DNA of 64,000 nt, taken from contig CAWVIV010000010.1 in the NCBI GenBank assembly GCA_963929435.1, forward strand, positions 942 to 64,941, in the 5' to 3' direction. Position numbers and translations under genes: made by a program. Positions within the stretch are counted from its first letter, which is position 1. The number at the start of each line of letters is the position of its first letter. Under the pieces are notes generated by a model that was not told the origin of the DNA, did not search any database, and worked only from the letters and a program-made list of their open reading frames with translations. The DNA comes from an uncultured Bacilli bacterium. GTDB lineage: Bacteria > Bacillota_I > Bacilli_A > RF39 > UBA660. Shown here piece after piece: positions 9,625-18,612 of this stretch.

Positions 9625-10462
9625 CTTTTACTTCATAGGAGTCCATTGCAACAAAGAAAGCATCTTTATCAATATTATGAATTCCTTCCTTTAATTTATA
9701 ATACTCTCTTGTTGGTACAACACCCATTAGAACTGTTTGATTTTCACTATTATATCCGCCTCTCGCTTTAAACTCAGTAACACCATGTTTAAGTTCATTG
9801 ATAACAAAGTCTTTAACTTCTTTTTCTTTACTAGTAATAATATAGAAAGCTTTAGAATCAGATATACCTAAGACAACTTTATCTGTTATAGTAGAGATTA
9901 AATAAAGAATTATTAGGGAATACATTAGATGATTAAAGCCAAAGACAAAGGCTCCTATAACAATAATTGTTCCATCAGTAAAGAACATACTATTACCTAG
10001 GCTCATTTTAAATACTTTAGATATTATCATATTTAAAATATCTGTTCCCCCAGTTGAATATCCGGCTCTAAATATTAAACCTGCTCCTAGTCCTTGTAAG
10101 GCTCCACCAAAGACAGCGATTAGTATCATTTCACTTTCTTTAAAACTTATATAAGTAGATAAGTGTTCTGTTAAACTTACAAAAACGGGAAAAAGAATAG
10201 AGCCTAATATTGTCGCTTTAGTTTTTTCTTTTCCTAAGACTAGGAATGATAATATGATTAAGAAAACGTTAGCGATAGAGATAATTGTTGAAGGATTAAG
10301 TCCAAAGAAATGTTTTAATATTAAAGAAAAGCCACTTACTCCTCCTGCTACTAAGTTATTAGGAGACATGAAAAGATTAAAGGCTAATGCTACTAGGAAG
10401 CATCCTATAATGAATTCTATTAACTCTTTAATTTTAATCTTATGCTTTATCGCTTCTTTCAT
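9614..10462 (-). CDS. yitT: YitT-family membrane protein (DUF2179 C-terminal domain)
   Basis: 282-aa multi-TM ORF with a C-terminal soluble domain (..VTEFKARGGY..VLMGVVPTREYYKLKEGIHNIDKDAFF). Confidence 0.8.
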   Translation of the reverse strand: MKEAIKHKIKIKELIEFIIGCFLVALAFNLFMSPNNLVAGGVSGFSLILKHFFGLNPSTIISIANVFLIILSFLVLGKEKTKATILGSILFPVFVSLTEHLSTYISFKESEMILIAVFGGALQGLGAGLIFRAGYSTGGTDILNMIISKVFKMSLGNSMFFTDGTIIVIGAFVFGFNHLMYSLIILYLISTITDKVVLGISDSKAFYIITSKEKEVKDFVINELKHGVTEFKARGGYNSENQTVLMGVVPTREYYKLKEGIHNIDKDAFFVAMDSYEVKGGA

Positions 10463-11559
10463 TTAGTCCTCCTTTTAGACTACTTTCAATAAAATCATCT
10501 ATCTCTCCATCTAAGACTCCTTTGGTATCACTAGTTTCATAACCTGTACGATGGTCTTTAACTAGAGAATAGGGATGTAAAATGTAACTTCTTATTTGAC
10601 TGCCAAAGTCAATGTTTGATTGAATACCTTTTTCTTTAGCAAGTTCTTGTTCTTTTTTTTGTTCTTCTAATACATATAATTTACTTTTTAAGACTTGTAA
10701 AGCAGTCTCTTTATTTTGAATTTGACTTCTTTCATTTTGACAAGTTACAACTATTTTAGTAGGTAGATGGGTAATACGAACAGCACTATCGGTAGTGTTT
10801 ACTCCTTGACCTCCAGCTCCTGTTGAACGATAGACATCTATTTTTAAATCTTTTTCATTTATATCTATTTTAATATCTCTAGATATTTCTGGAGTTACAT
10901 CAATACTTGCAAAGGAAGTATGACGACGATTAGATGAATCAAATGGTGATAATCTAACTAGACGATGAACACCTTTTTCATTTTTTAAATAACCATAAGC
11001 ATATTCTCCTTTTACTTTAAAAGAAACACTCTTTATTCCTGCTTCTTCTCCAGGTTGATAGTCAAGTAATTCTATCTTAAAGTTCTTTTTCTCACAGTAC
11101 CTTGTATACATTCTATAAAGCATATTAGCCCAGTCACATGACTCAGTTCCTCCTGCTCCTGGATGTATTTCAACGATGCAGTTATTTTTATCATATGGTT
11201 TATTAAAGAGTAGATAGATGCTTAAACTCTTTAAATCTTCTTTGATATTTTTATTATCAGCTTCTAGAGTTTCTAATAAATCTTTATCACTTTCTTCATC
11301 TAACATTTCTAGTAATTCTATAGAGTCAAATATCTTTTTCTTTAAATCGATTAACTTAGATGTACTTTCTTTTAGACTCTTTAGTTCATTAATTACTGTT
11401 TCGGCTTTACTGGTATCATTCCAAAAACCTTCTTTAGTTGTCTCTTTTTCTAACTCCTCTTGTTTTTTTAGTTTATTATCGGTGTCAAAGTGACCTCCAT
11501 AAACTTAGTATTTCTTCTTTTTCATTTGTTAATTCTTTTAATAATTCATTCTTATTCAT
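10440..11559 (-). CDS. prfB: Peptide chain release factor 2, expressed through a programmed +1 frameshift
   Basis: Frame-0 ORF MNKNELLKELTNEKEEILSLWRSL stops at TGA (11485-11487). The +1 frame continues DTDNKLKKQ.. into ORF 10440-11306, which contains SPF and GGQ ([17 protein letters not shown]). Confidence 0.9.
11484..11498 (-). promoter_or_regulatory. prfB: RF2 autoregulatory +1 frameshift site (SD-like GGAGG, 3-nt spacer, CTT TGA C)
   Basis: The minus strand reads GGAGG TCA CTT TGA C, the canonical prfB recoding signal. Confidence 0.85.
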
Positions 11560-11721
11560 TCTTACCAACTCTCTTTATTAGTATTATACAAGATATTTAT
11601 TTTTATAACAAAATATTTTTTGTATATTTTTACTAAATTTACATATAGTATTAATGAGGAAGGTTCACTGATAAGTGTGAAGATCCTCATATATATAGAT
11701 TGAGGAGCCTAATTTGGCTCC

Positions 11722-12171
11722 TTATTTTTTTATTTTTTGTAATTTTTTATTATATAGGTATTCTTCTATATGAATTTGATGATAATTAGGGTCATATTCA
11801 CTTAAACCATTATACATATTCATAAAGGTAAAGTTATATGGATGATATCTACTCCCACTATTTCTAAAGCGAACACTATATGTAGGAAAATCATATTCTT
11901 CAGTGCCCCTAAAAAAAGTTATAGAATAAGTATCTTCTTGTTTTTTTATTTCTAAGCTACTAGCATTTTCTAACGGCATATCATCTGAGTACCATTTAAT
12001 AATGTCGTTTTGAAACAATTTTTCATAAGCATAATCTACCTTTTTAGACTCATTTGAATTTCTTGAGTTTAATTCTTCAAAAAGAAATGTATAATCATCT
12101 TTATCTGTTTTTGGATATGGACGATGTTCTTTAATATTTTTATAAAGTTCATCAATCTTTTGATATAAAAA
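11722..12171 (-). pseudogene. 3' portion of a disrupted ORF of about 210 aa (copy in direct repeat 1)
   Basis: ORF 11722-12018 extends upstream without stops (FLYQKIDELYKNIKEHRPYPK...) to the IS1595 end at 12172. Confidence 0.5.
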
Positions 12172-12232
12172 CGCTGTGTATTAGATTATAGGGGGTAAAG
12201 GTATTTTCAAATACAAGGTTATATAGTATAAT
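12172..12232 (+). mobile_element. 61-bp left-end fragment of the IS1595-like element (duplicated with the target)
   Basis: CGCTGTGTATTAGATTATAGGGGGTAAAGG...TATAAT is identical to 15044-15104. Confidence 0.8.
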
Positions 12233-14194
12233 CTGGTTTTAAACACTTTGAGCATATAAAAACTCTCTTATTTCTTTATATATCAAGGATTAAGAGAGCT
12301 TTCTATTGTCTTAAAAAACTGCGTACAATTTTTACTTTTTTATTTGAGTAAAAATTTTTTTGAATTTTTTTATATCAATGACTTCATAGTCAGTTCTAAA
12401 GTCAAATTTATCATGTAAATCATCCGTTAAGTCAGTTCTAGTATAATTTGGAATATATGAATCTTTATTTTCTAATTTCATATTCATTTCTTTTAATGTA
12501 TCTATTATTTCTGTAACAGTATATTTTTCATCTAATTCTTTTTCTAAATATCTATAAACAATTAAGGCTAAAAAACAAGTAGTAAAGTGAGCCTTAATCA
12601 TATCTTCTTTTCTATGAAATACTGGTCTAGATTTAAATTCACTTTTCATAATTCTAAATGACTCTTCAATTTCCCAACGACTATGATTTACTTTTACTAT
12701 TTCTTCAACTGGATCTTCTAAATTTGTACATACGGCATATAAACCATCATACATAGCCTCTTGGTTAATAATGTCTTGATTTATTTCAAAATGTTTTTCT
12801 TCTGCAACTTCACCATCTTTAGTAGTGTTAATAGTAGTAATAAATCTTTTAGAATCATTCTGTTTGGCTTTGCCTATTTTTTTAGGATTAGTTTCTATTA
12901 ATTTTAAGGCTCTTTGAATTTGCCCTTCTCTAATTTTTCTTTGATATTCTTGGTATTTTACTGAGTAGGTAACTATTAATCTTTGTTCTAGTCCATTTTC
13001 ATTAATCCATCTTTCTTTGTAGAAAGTATCATCATAAAAATTTTTCATTAATTCGTTGTCATCTCTTAATTTAGAAATATCATATACTTTATCACTACCT
13101 GGTAATTTCCAACCTTTAGTTAAATCCAATGACCACTCTTTTAAATGCTTTTTCATTTTTTTTAATGATTGAGTAGTTATAAAACATCTACCTTCTATGT
13201 TATTAAATTTTCTGTTTTCATTAGATGCAAGACCTGCATCTGTACAAACAACAAATTTTGCAAGATTAAAATCATCAAGAATTTTTTGTTCTAAAGGTTG
13301 TAGTGTTTCTTGTTCATTAGTATTTCCTGGAGTTATATTAAATGCTAGTGGAATTGCATCTCCATCCATAAATAGTCCCATTTGAACAAGTGGATTAGGT
13401 CTATTTTCTTTAGATTTACCATATTTTCTAAAGTCATCTTCTTCTTCAATTTCAAAGTAATAATTAGTACAGTCATAATATAAAATTTTGTTATTACGTT
13501 TACAATATTTTTGTGTATTTTTATAAAGTTCTGACTGTATAAAGCCCATTTCTTTACTAATGATAGGCAAGGCTCTTTCTATATGTTGATATTCAAAATT
13601 AGGCTGTTCAATAAAATTTTTAGATAATTCTAAAGTTTTAAGCTTAGAAGCAGGATAAATAATTCTAGAAAATATTAATTTAGACAAAATATCATTCAAA
13701 TCGAATTGGAATTTATATTTATCTTGAATTTTATTGGCGATTTTATTTAAACCTAATTTATAATAAATACATTCTAAAAAAAGATAACCAACATTAAATG
13801 AACAACGACAATTTTTATCAATTAAACGTGTTGGGTCTTTAGTAATAATAACTGGTAATTTTTCTTCTTTACTTTTCAAATTTAACTCTTTTACATAGTT
13901 ATCTAACCATTCTAAAGGGTCCATGTCACCGGCTCTTTGTTTAAGCTTGTCCATATTACCAATATTTTCATAAACGCAAGTTGTTCTTTTGCCATTGATG
14001 TTAGTAATATCTTTAATAATGGCATAATGGATTGAATTTTTAGATTTAATTTTTCTTACTCTCATATATCATCACAATGCAATTATATCATTGTACGTGT
14101 ATTGTACGCAAGATATAAATTAAAAATTTGACAAAAAAATAACCATTTTTCAATGGTTTCCGCAGTTTTTATATTTCGCAAGTGTTTAAAACCC
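12233..14194 (-). mobile_element. IS1634-family insertion sequence (element A)
   Basis: Imperfect terminal inverted repeats: GGTTTTAAACACTTTGAGCATATAAAAACT at 12235 onward and the reverse complement of the other end, GGTTTTAAACACTTGCGAAATATAAAAACT. It is flanked by the 910-bp direct repeat. Confidence 0.85.
12332..14065 (-). CDS. IS1634-family (IS4 superfamily) DDE transposase
   Basis: 577 aa with YYDCTNYYFE, VVCTDAGLAS and HSRWEIEESFRIMKSEF (YREK-type motif). It is clearly homologous, by eye, to the 575-aa transposase at 16714-18441. Confidence 0.9.
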   Translation of the reverse strand: MRVRKIKSKNSIHYAIIKDITNINGKRTTCVYENIGNMDKLKQRAGDMDPLEWLDNYVKELNLKSKEEKLPVIITKDPTRLIDKNCRCSFNVGYLFLECIYYKLGLNKIANKIQDKYKFQFDLNDILSKLIFSRIIYPASKLKTLELSKNFIEQPNFEYQHIERALPIISKEMGFIQSELYKNTQKYCKRNNKILYYDCTNYYFEIEEEDDFRKYGKSKENRPNPLVQMGLFMDGDAIPLAFNITPGNTNEQETLQPLEQKILDDFNLAKFVVCTDAGLASNENRKFNNIEGRCFITTQSLKKMKKHLKEWSLDLTKGWKLPGSDKVYDISKLRDDNELMKNFYDDTFYKERWINENGLEQRLIVTYSVKYQEYQRKIREGQIQRALKLIETNPKKIGKAKQNDSKRFITTINTTKDGEVAEEKHFEINQDIINQEAMYDGLYAVCTNLEDPVEEIVKVNHSRWEIEESFRIMKSEFKSRPVFHRKEDMIKAHFTTCFLALIVYRYLEKELDEKYTVTEIIDTLKEMNMKLENKDSYIPNYTRTDLTDDLHDKFDFRTDYEVIDIKKFKKIFTQIKK

Positions 14195-14431
14195 GAGTCA
14201 AATATCTTTTTCTTTAAATCGATTAACTTAGATGTACTTTCTTTTAGACTCTTTAGTTCATTAATTACTGTTTCGGCTTTACTGGTATCATTCCAAAAAC
14301 CTTCTTTAGTTGTCTCTTTTTCTAACTCCTCTTGTTTTTTTAGTTTATTATCGGTGTCAAAGTGACCTCCATAAACTTAGTATTTCTTCTTTTTCATTTG
14401 TTAATTCTTTTAATAATTCATTCTTATTCAT
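14195..14431 (-). pseudogene. prfB: Duplicated 5' fragment of prfB (promoter, start codon and frameshift site retained), fused to the IS1634 end
   Basis: Identical to 11323-11559. The recoding site is duplicated at 14356-14370, and the reading frame runs into the IS end (..IFDSGFKHLRNIKT..). Confidence 0.8.
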
Positions 14432-14593
14432 TCTTACCAACTCTCTTTATTAGTATTATACAAGATATTTATTTTTATAACAAAATATTTTTTGTATATT
14501 TTTACTAAATTTACATATAGTATTAATGAGGAAGGTTCACTGATAAGTGTGAAGATCCTCATATATATAGATTGAGGAGCCTAATTTGGCTCC

Positions 14594-15043
14594 TTATTTT
14601 TTTATTTTTTGTAATTTTTTATTATATAGGTATTCTTCTATATGAATTTGATGATAATTAGGGTCATATTCACTTAAACCATTATACATATTCATAAAGG
14701 TAAAGTTATATGGATGATATCTACTCCCACTATTTCTAAAGCGAACACTATATGTAGGAAAATCATATTCTTCAGTGCCCCTAAAAAAAGTTATAGAATA
14801 AGTATCTTCTTGTTTTTTTATTTCTAAGCTACTAGCATTTTCTAACGGCATATCATCTGAGTACCATTTAATAATGTCGTTTTGAAACAATTTTTCATAA
14901 GCATAATCTACCTTTTTAGACTCATTTGAATTTCTTGAGTTTAATTCTTCAAAAAGAAATGTATAATCATCTTTATCTGTTTTTGGATATGGACGATGTT
15001 CTTTAATATTTTTATAAAGTTCATCAATCTTTTGATATAAAAA
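14594..15043 (-). pseudogene. 3' portion of the disrupted ORF of about 210 aa (copy in direct repeat 2, abutting the IS1595 element)
   Basis: Same sequence as 11722-12171. It joins in frame to 16307-16497 when the IS1595 element and one TSD copy are removed. Confidence 0.55.
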
Positions 15044-15109
15044 CGCTGTGTATTAGATTATAGGGGGTAAAGGTATTTTCAAATACAAGGTTATATAGTA
15101 TAATGAATA

Positions 15110-15213
15110 TGTCGAAGATGAATATGGAAAGGAAATATCTCTAATTAGCCAGTCACTTCTGTATTCATCTTCGACAAATGAATATTTACTTGGCTGGCTA
15201 ATTAGAGATATTT
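15110..15213 (+). repeat. Two interleaved perfect inverted repeats (A-B-A'-B') in the IS1595 transposase leader
   Basis: A is TGTCGAAGATGAATA (15110-15124), pairing with 15162-15176. B is AAATATCTCTAATTAGCCAG (15133-15152), pairing with 15194-15213. B' ends 13 nt before the transposase ATG. Confidence 0.85.
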
Positions 15214-15226
15214 TTTTGGAAATGTT

Positions 15227-16297
15227 ATGGAACATATAGAAAATATTTATGATTTATTACCTGAAGAAATTGAAGAATTAATTAACAAAATAGTTGAAGC
15301 TTTAAATATTGTTAAAGATAGAAAGAACACAAATTCTAGATTTGTTGATAGTGAGAAAACTTTAATTTTATGTCCAAAATGTAATTCAGAACACGTAATT
15401 AAAAATGGGCATGATAAAAATAAAGTTCAATCTTATCAATGCAAAGATTGTAGTAAAAAATTTAATGCTTGTACTAATACTCTAGTATCACACCTAAAAT
15501 TAACATATGAACAATTATTGATTTTTTTCGAGTGTATGGATGATAAATTATCAATTAGAAAAACAGCAGCTAAAATGAATGTTAATAAGAATACAGTATT
15601 TTTGTTACGTCACAAAGTTTTAGATTGCATATCAATAATAAGAGAAAATATTAAATTAAGAGGTATTGCTGAAGGTGATGAAACATATGAATCTATAAAT
15701 TTAAAAGGTACAAAGAAAGAAAATATGCCACGTTTTTCTAAACCTCGTTCATCTAATAATGGAAATTCAAAAAGAGGTATAAATGACCATCAAGTATGTA
15801 TTGCTTCAGTTATTGACGAAGATGATAATTTCTTTTTAGAAATCGTTGGTACTGGTCCCATAACTTCATTAGAAGTAGAGAAAGCATTTTCTAATAGATT
15901 AAATGATGTAACTTGTTTAATTACAGATTGTAAGACTTCTTATGAAAAATTCGCTAAAGATAATTCTATAAGATTAGAACAAGTTAAATCAGGAACTTAC
16001 AAAAATATTAACGGATATAGTTTAGGAAATATTAATTCTTTACATTCAGAATGGGCTACGTTTATTTCTAGCTTTAGAGGTGTTTCAACAAAACATTTAC
16101 AACATTATTTAGATTGGTTTAGTTTTCAAAAAATTATTAGTTATACTACTGAAACATTAAAAAGGCCTTTAACTATGATGAAAAAGGCTACTATTAATAA
16201 ATGTAATATTAATTCAAATAATGTTTATGATAATTCTTCTGGTATTGACTTCAATGAAGTATATGCTGAGTATAACTATTCACCCCTTACAAACTAG
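15227..16297 (+). CDS. IS1595-family transposase (N-terminal zinc ribbon plus ISXO2-like DDE domain)
   Basis: 356 aa with CPKCNSEHVIKNGHDKNKVQSYQCKDCSKKF and GIAEGDETY...CIASVIDEDD...LITDCKTSY. Confidence 0.9.
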   Translation: MEHIENIYDLLPEEIEELINKIVEALNIVKDRKNTNSRFVDSEKTLILCPKCNSEHVIKNGHDKNKVQSYQCKDCSKKFNACTNTLVSHLKLTYEQLLIFFECMDDKLSIRKTAAKMNVNKNTVFLLRHKVLDCISIIRENIKLRGIAEGDETYESINLKGTKKENMPRFSKPRSSNNGNSKRGINDHQVCIASVIDEDDNFFLEIVGTGPITSLEVEKAFSNRLNDVTCLITDCKTSYEKFAKDNSIRLEQVKSGTYKNINGYSLGNINSLHSEWATFISSFRGVSTKHLQHYLDWFSFQKIISYTTETLKRPLTMMKKATINKCNINSNNVYDNSSGIDFNEVYAEYNYSPLTN

Positions 16298-16306
16298 TAC
16301 ACAGCG

Positions 16307-16497
16307 TATAAAAAATAATTTTCTTTGGTAATAGTAAAAGTTTTCGATAAAGGCCAATCTTCGAAGTCCTCTTCTGGCCAATAAGACCAATACAAATCTA
16401 GATTTCCTCCAAACATTATATCAAAACTTCCATTTTCAGTTGTTATCTTAAATCTATCATAACCATCTGCATCTTTTGTTTTATTTATTTCAACCAT
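16307..16497 (-). pseudogene. 5' portion of the disrupted ORF of about 210 aa
   Basis: ORF 16294-16497 (MVEINKTKDADGYDRFKITTENGS...TKENYFLY) runs into the IS1595 right end. AGGAGG RBS upstream of the ATG. Confidence 0.55.
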
Positions 16498-16520
16498 AAT
16501 TTACCTCCTGCTTTTATATT

Positions 16521-16588
16521 AGTATAACACACTTATTTGCTATTTGTAGTAGATTTAGGTGCTTCGTGTACAACTAGTGTATCTTCTC
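16521..16588. repeat. 68-bp direct repeat, copy 1 (target duplication of IS1634-family element B)
   Basis: AGTATAACACACTTATTTGCTATTTGTAGTAGATTTAGGTGCTTCGTGTACAACTAGTGTATCTTCTC is identical to 18545-18612. Confidence 0.9.
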
Positions 16589-18544
16589 CCTAGTTTGACA
16601 GTTTTGATATAAAAATCCTTGCAACCCTAGATAAAATCTAGTTTTTTTATATTTTAGTACTTGCGTATGTATTCGTATGTATGATAAAATAGTAATAGTA
16701 AGGTGGGATTTAGATGAGACTAAACATTAGAAAGATAAATAATTATTCCTATTATTCTATTATTCAAGACTATACAAATTTAAAAGGAAAACGAACTACT
16801 AGAATATTTGAAAAATTAGGAAATCAACAACAAGTTGAAGAAAGATTTGGTAAAACAGATACAATTAATGAAATAAAAAAATATATTTCTAAACTTAATA
16901 ATATTGATAAAGAAGAGATAATAAAAAAAGAGTTTAATCCTAATAAAAAAATATTACCTGGCATAAAAAGAGAATTTAATGTTGGATATCTATTTTTAGA
17001 AAAAATATATAATGAATTAAATATTAAAAATATATGTGAGAATATAAAAAGTAAATATCAATTTCATTTTGACTTAAACGAAATATTGTCTTATTTAGTC
17101 TATGCTAGAATTATTTATCCATCATCTAAATTGGAAACCTTTAAACAATGTCAAAACTTTATTGAACAGCCTAACTTTAAACTTCATGATGAATATAGAG
17201 CCTTAAGTTATATTGCCGATAACATGGACTATATCCAAGAGAATTTATTTAACAATAGTAAAAAAGTAATAGATCGAAATTCTAGAGTTATATATTATGA
17301 TTGTACTAATTATTTTTTTGAAATTGATGATGAAGATGACATTAGAAAATATGGTATTAACAAACAACATCAACCAAAACCTCAAGTTGGCATGGGATTA
17401 TTCATGGATGGTGATGGTCTACCTTTATCTTGTAATATATATCCTGGAAATATGAATGAACAAAAGACTTTAATTCCAGAAGAAAACAAAATTGTTAATA
17501 ACTTTAAGTTAGATAATACTAAAATTATTTTATGTACTGATGCAGGTCTTGCATCTGATGAAATAAAAAGTTTTAATATTAAGAATGGACGTGGTTTTGT
17601 TATTACCCAATCCTTAAAAAAACTAAAAGAAAGTTATAAAGAAAAAATATTTGATAAAAATGGATGGAGAATGCCAAATGATTTAAGAAATGTTTATAAC
17701 TTAGAAACTATAGAAAACGATGAAGTATTAAGAGAAAAATATTATGAAACTTTATTTTATAAAATTATAGAAACTGAAACTAAGTCTGTTAAACAAGATT
17801 TAATAGTTACTTTCTGTTTTAAATACTTTGACTATAACAGAAGTATTAGAAATAATCAAATAGAAAGAGCGAAAAAAAGTATTGAAACTAATCAAGTTAC
17901 TAGGAAAGGTAAAAATCAAAATGATTATAGAAGATTTATTAATTCTTTAAACTCTACTGATAATGGTGAAGTTGCAGAAAATATAACCTATTCTATTAAT
18001 CAAGATGTTATAGATGAAGAAGAAAAATATGATGGTTATTATGCACTTACAACAAACCTAATTGGTGATATTAATGAAATACTTAAAATAGTTAAAGGTA
18101 GATGGGAAATTGAAGAATCTTTTAGAATTATGAAAAGTGACTTTCTTGCAAGACCTGTTAATCTATCTAGAGAAGATCGAATAAAAGCACACTTTATGAC
18201 TTGCTTCATATCACTATTTATTTACAGACTATTAGAAAAGAAACTTAACTACAAATATACTACATCACAAATTTTAGAAACTTTAAGAAATATGAATATG
18301 GTTGAACATAAAGGCTGCGGCTATGAACCAGTTTATGAGAGAACTATAATAACTGATGATTTACACAACACATTTAAATTTAATACCGATTTTGAAATAT
18401 TAAGTTATAAAAAAATCAAAAAAATTTTAAATAACAAATAATAAGCATCAACGTACGCATTTTTTTGCAACAAAAAAATCTCTCTAAATCCTTATAAAAT
18501 AAGGGTTGGAGAGATTTTGACTTTATAAAACTGTCAAAGTCAGG
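16589..18544 (+). mobile_element. IS1634-family insertion sequence (element B, a different member from element A)
   Basis: Terminal repeats CCTAGTTTGACAGTTTTGATATAAA (left) and reverse-complement right CCTGACTTTGACAGTTTTATAAAG. It is flanked by the 68-bp direct repeat. Confidence 0.85.
16714..18441 (+). CDS. IS1634-family DDE transposase
   Basis: 575 aa with YYDCTNYFFE, ILCTDAGLAS and GRWEIEESFRIMKSDF. Confidence 0.9.
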   Translation: MRLNIRKINNYSYYSIIQDYTNLKGKRTTRIFEKLGNQQQVEERFGKTDTINEIKKYISKLNNIDKEEIIKKEFNPNKKILPGIKREFNVGYLFLEKIYNELNIKNICENIKSKYQFHFDLNEILSYLVYARIIYPSSKLETFKQCQNFIEQPNFKLHDEYRALSYIADNMDYIQENLFNNSKKVIDRNSRVIYYDCTNYFFEIDDEDDIRKYGINKQHQPKPQVGMGLFMDGDGLPLSCNIYPGNMNEQKTLIPEENKIVNNFKLDNTKIILCTDAGLASDEIKSFNIKNGRGFVITQSLKKLKESYKEKIFDKNGWRMPNDLRNVYNLETIENDEVLREKYYETLFYKIIETETKSVKQDLIVTFCFKYFDYNRSIRNNQIERAKKSIETNQVTRKGKNQNDYRRFINSLNSTDNGEVAENITYSINQDVIDEEEKYDGYYALTTNLIGDINEILKIVKGRWEIEESFRIMKSDFLARPVNLSREDRIKAHFMTCFISLFIYRLLEKKLNYKYTTSQILETLRNMNMVEHKGCGYEPVYERTIITDDLHNTFKFNTDFEILSYKKIKKILNNK

Positions 18545-18612
18545 AGTATAACACACTTATTTGCTATTTGTAGTAGATTTAGGTGCTTCGTGTACAACTA
18601 GTGTATCTTCTC
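18545..18612. repeat. 68-bp direct repeat, copy 2
   Basis: Covers the last 56 nt of the 575-aa ORF (track coordinates) plus 12 nt downstream. Confidence 0.9.

Larger units (their letters stand above)
11323..12232. repeat. 910-bp direct repeat, copy 1 (left target duplication of IS1634-family element A)
   Basis: Identical by eye to 14195-15104 at a constant offset of 2872. It contains the prfB 5' part and promoter, the 3' part of a disrupted ORF, and the first 61 bp of the IS1595 element. Confidence 0.9.
14195..15104. repeat. 910-bp direct repeat, copy 2
   Basis: See copy 1. Here the repeat continues into the complete IS1595 element. Confidence 0.9.
15044..16306 (+). mobile_element. IS1595-family insertion sequence
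   Basis: Terminal inverted repeats CGCTGTGTATTAGATTATAGGGGGTAA (left) and reverse-complement right CGCTGTGTACTAGTTTGTAAGGGGTGA. The 8-bp target duplication TATAAAAA is at 15036-15043 and 16307-16314. Confidence 0.85.

Noticed and set aside
8757-10462. The tandem YitT paralogues as something unusual.
   Set aside because: Tandem yitT-family duplicates are common in Firmicutes. The only oddity is the homopolymer frameshift at the 3' end of the first copy.
11700-11730. The hairpin GGAGCC-TAATTT-GGCTCC at the end of the 98-aa ORF as a regulatory element.
   Set aside because: It overlaps the stop region of the disrupted ORF. It is most simply a terminator or insulator between that ORF and the prfB promoter, and nothing else distinguishes it.
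11323-15104. The 910-bp repeat as an ordinary segmental duplication or a composite transposon.
   Set aside because: The repeat copies abut the IS1634 terminal inverted repeats precisely and are direct, not inverted. The content (half a gene at one end, 61 bp of another IS at the other) fits a target duplication. An assembly artefact cannot be excluded and is listed under the finding.
15053-15235. A 60-aa minus-strand ORF inside the left end of the IS1595 element.
   Set aside because: It spans the terminal inverted repeat, the promoter and the interleaved repeats. It has no RBS, and the frame is open simply because of the palindromic sequence.
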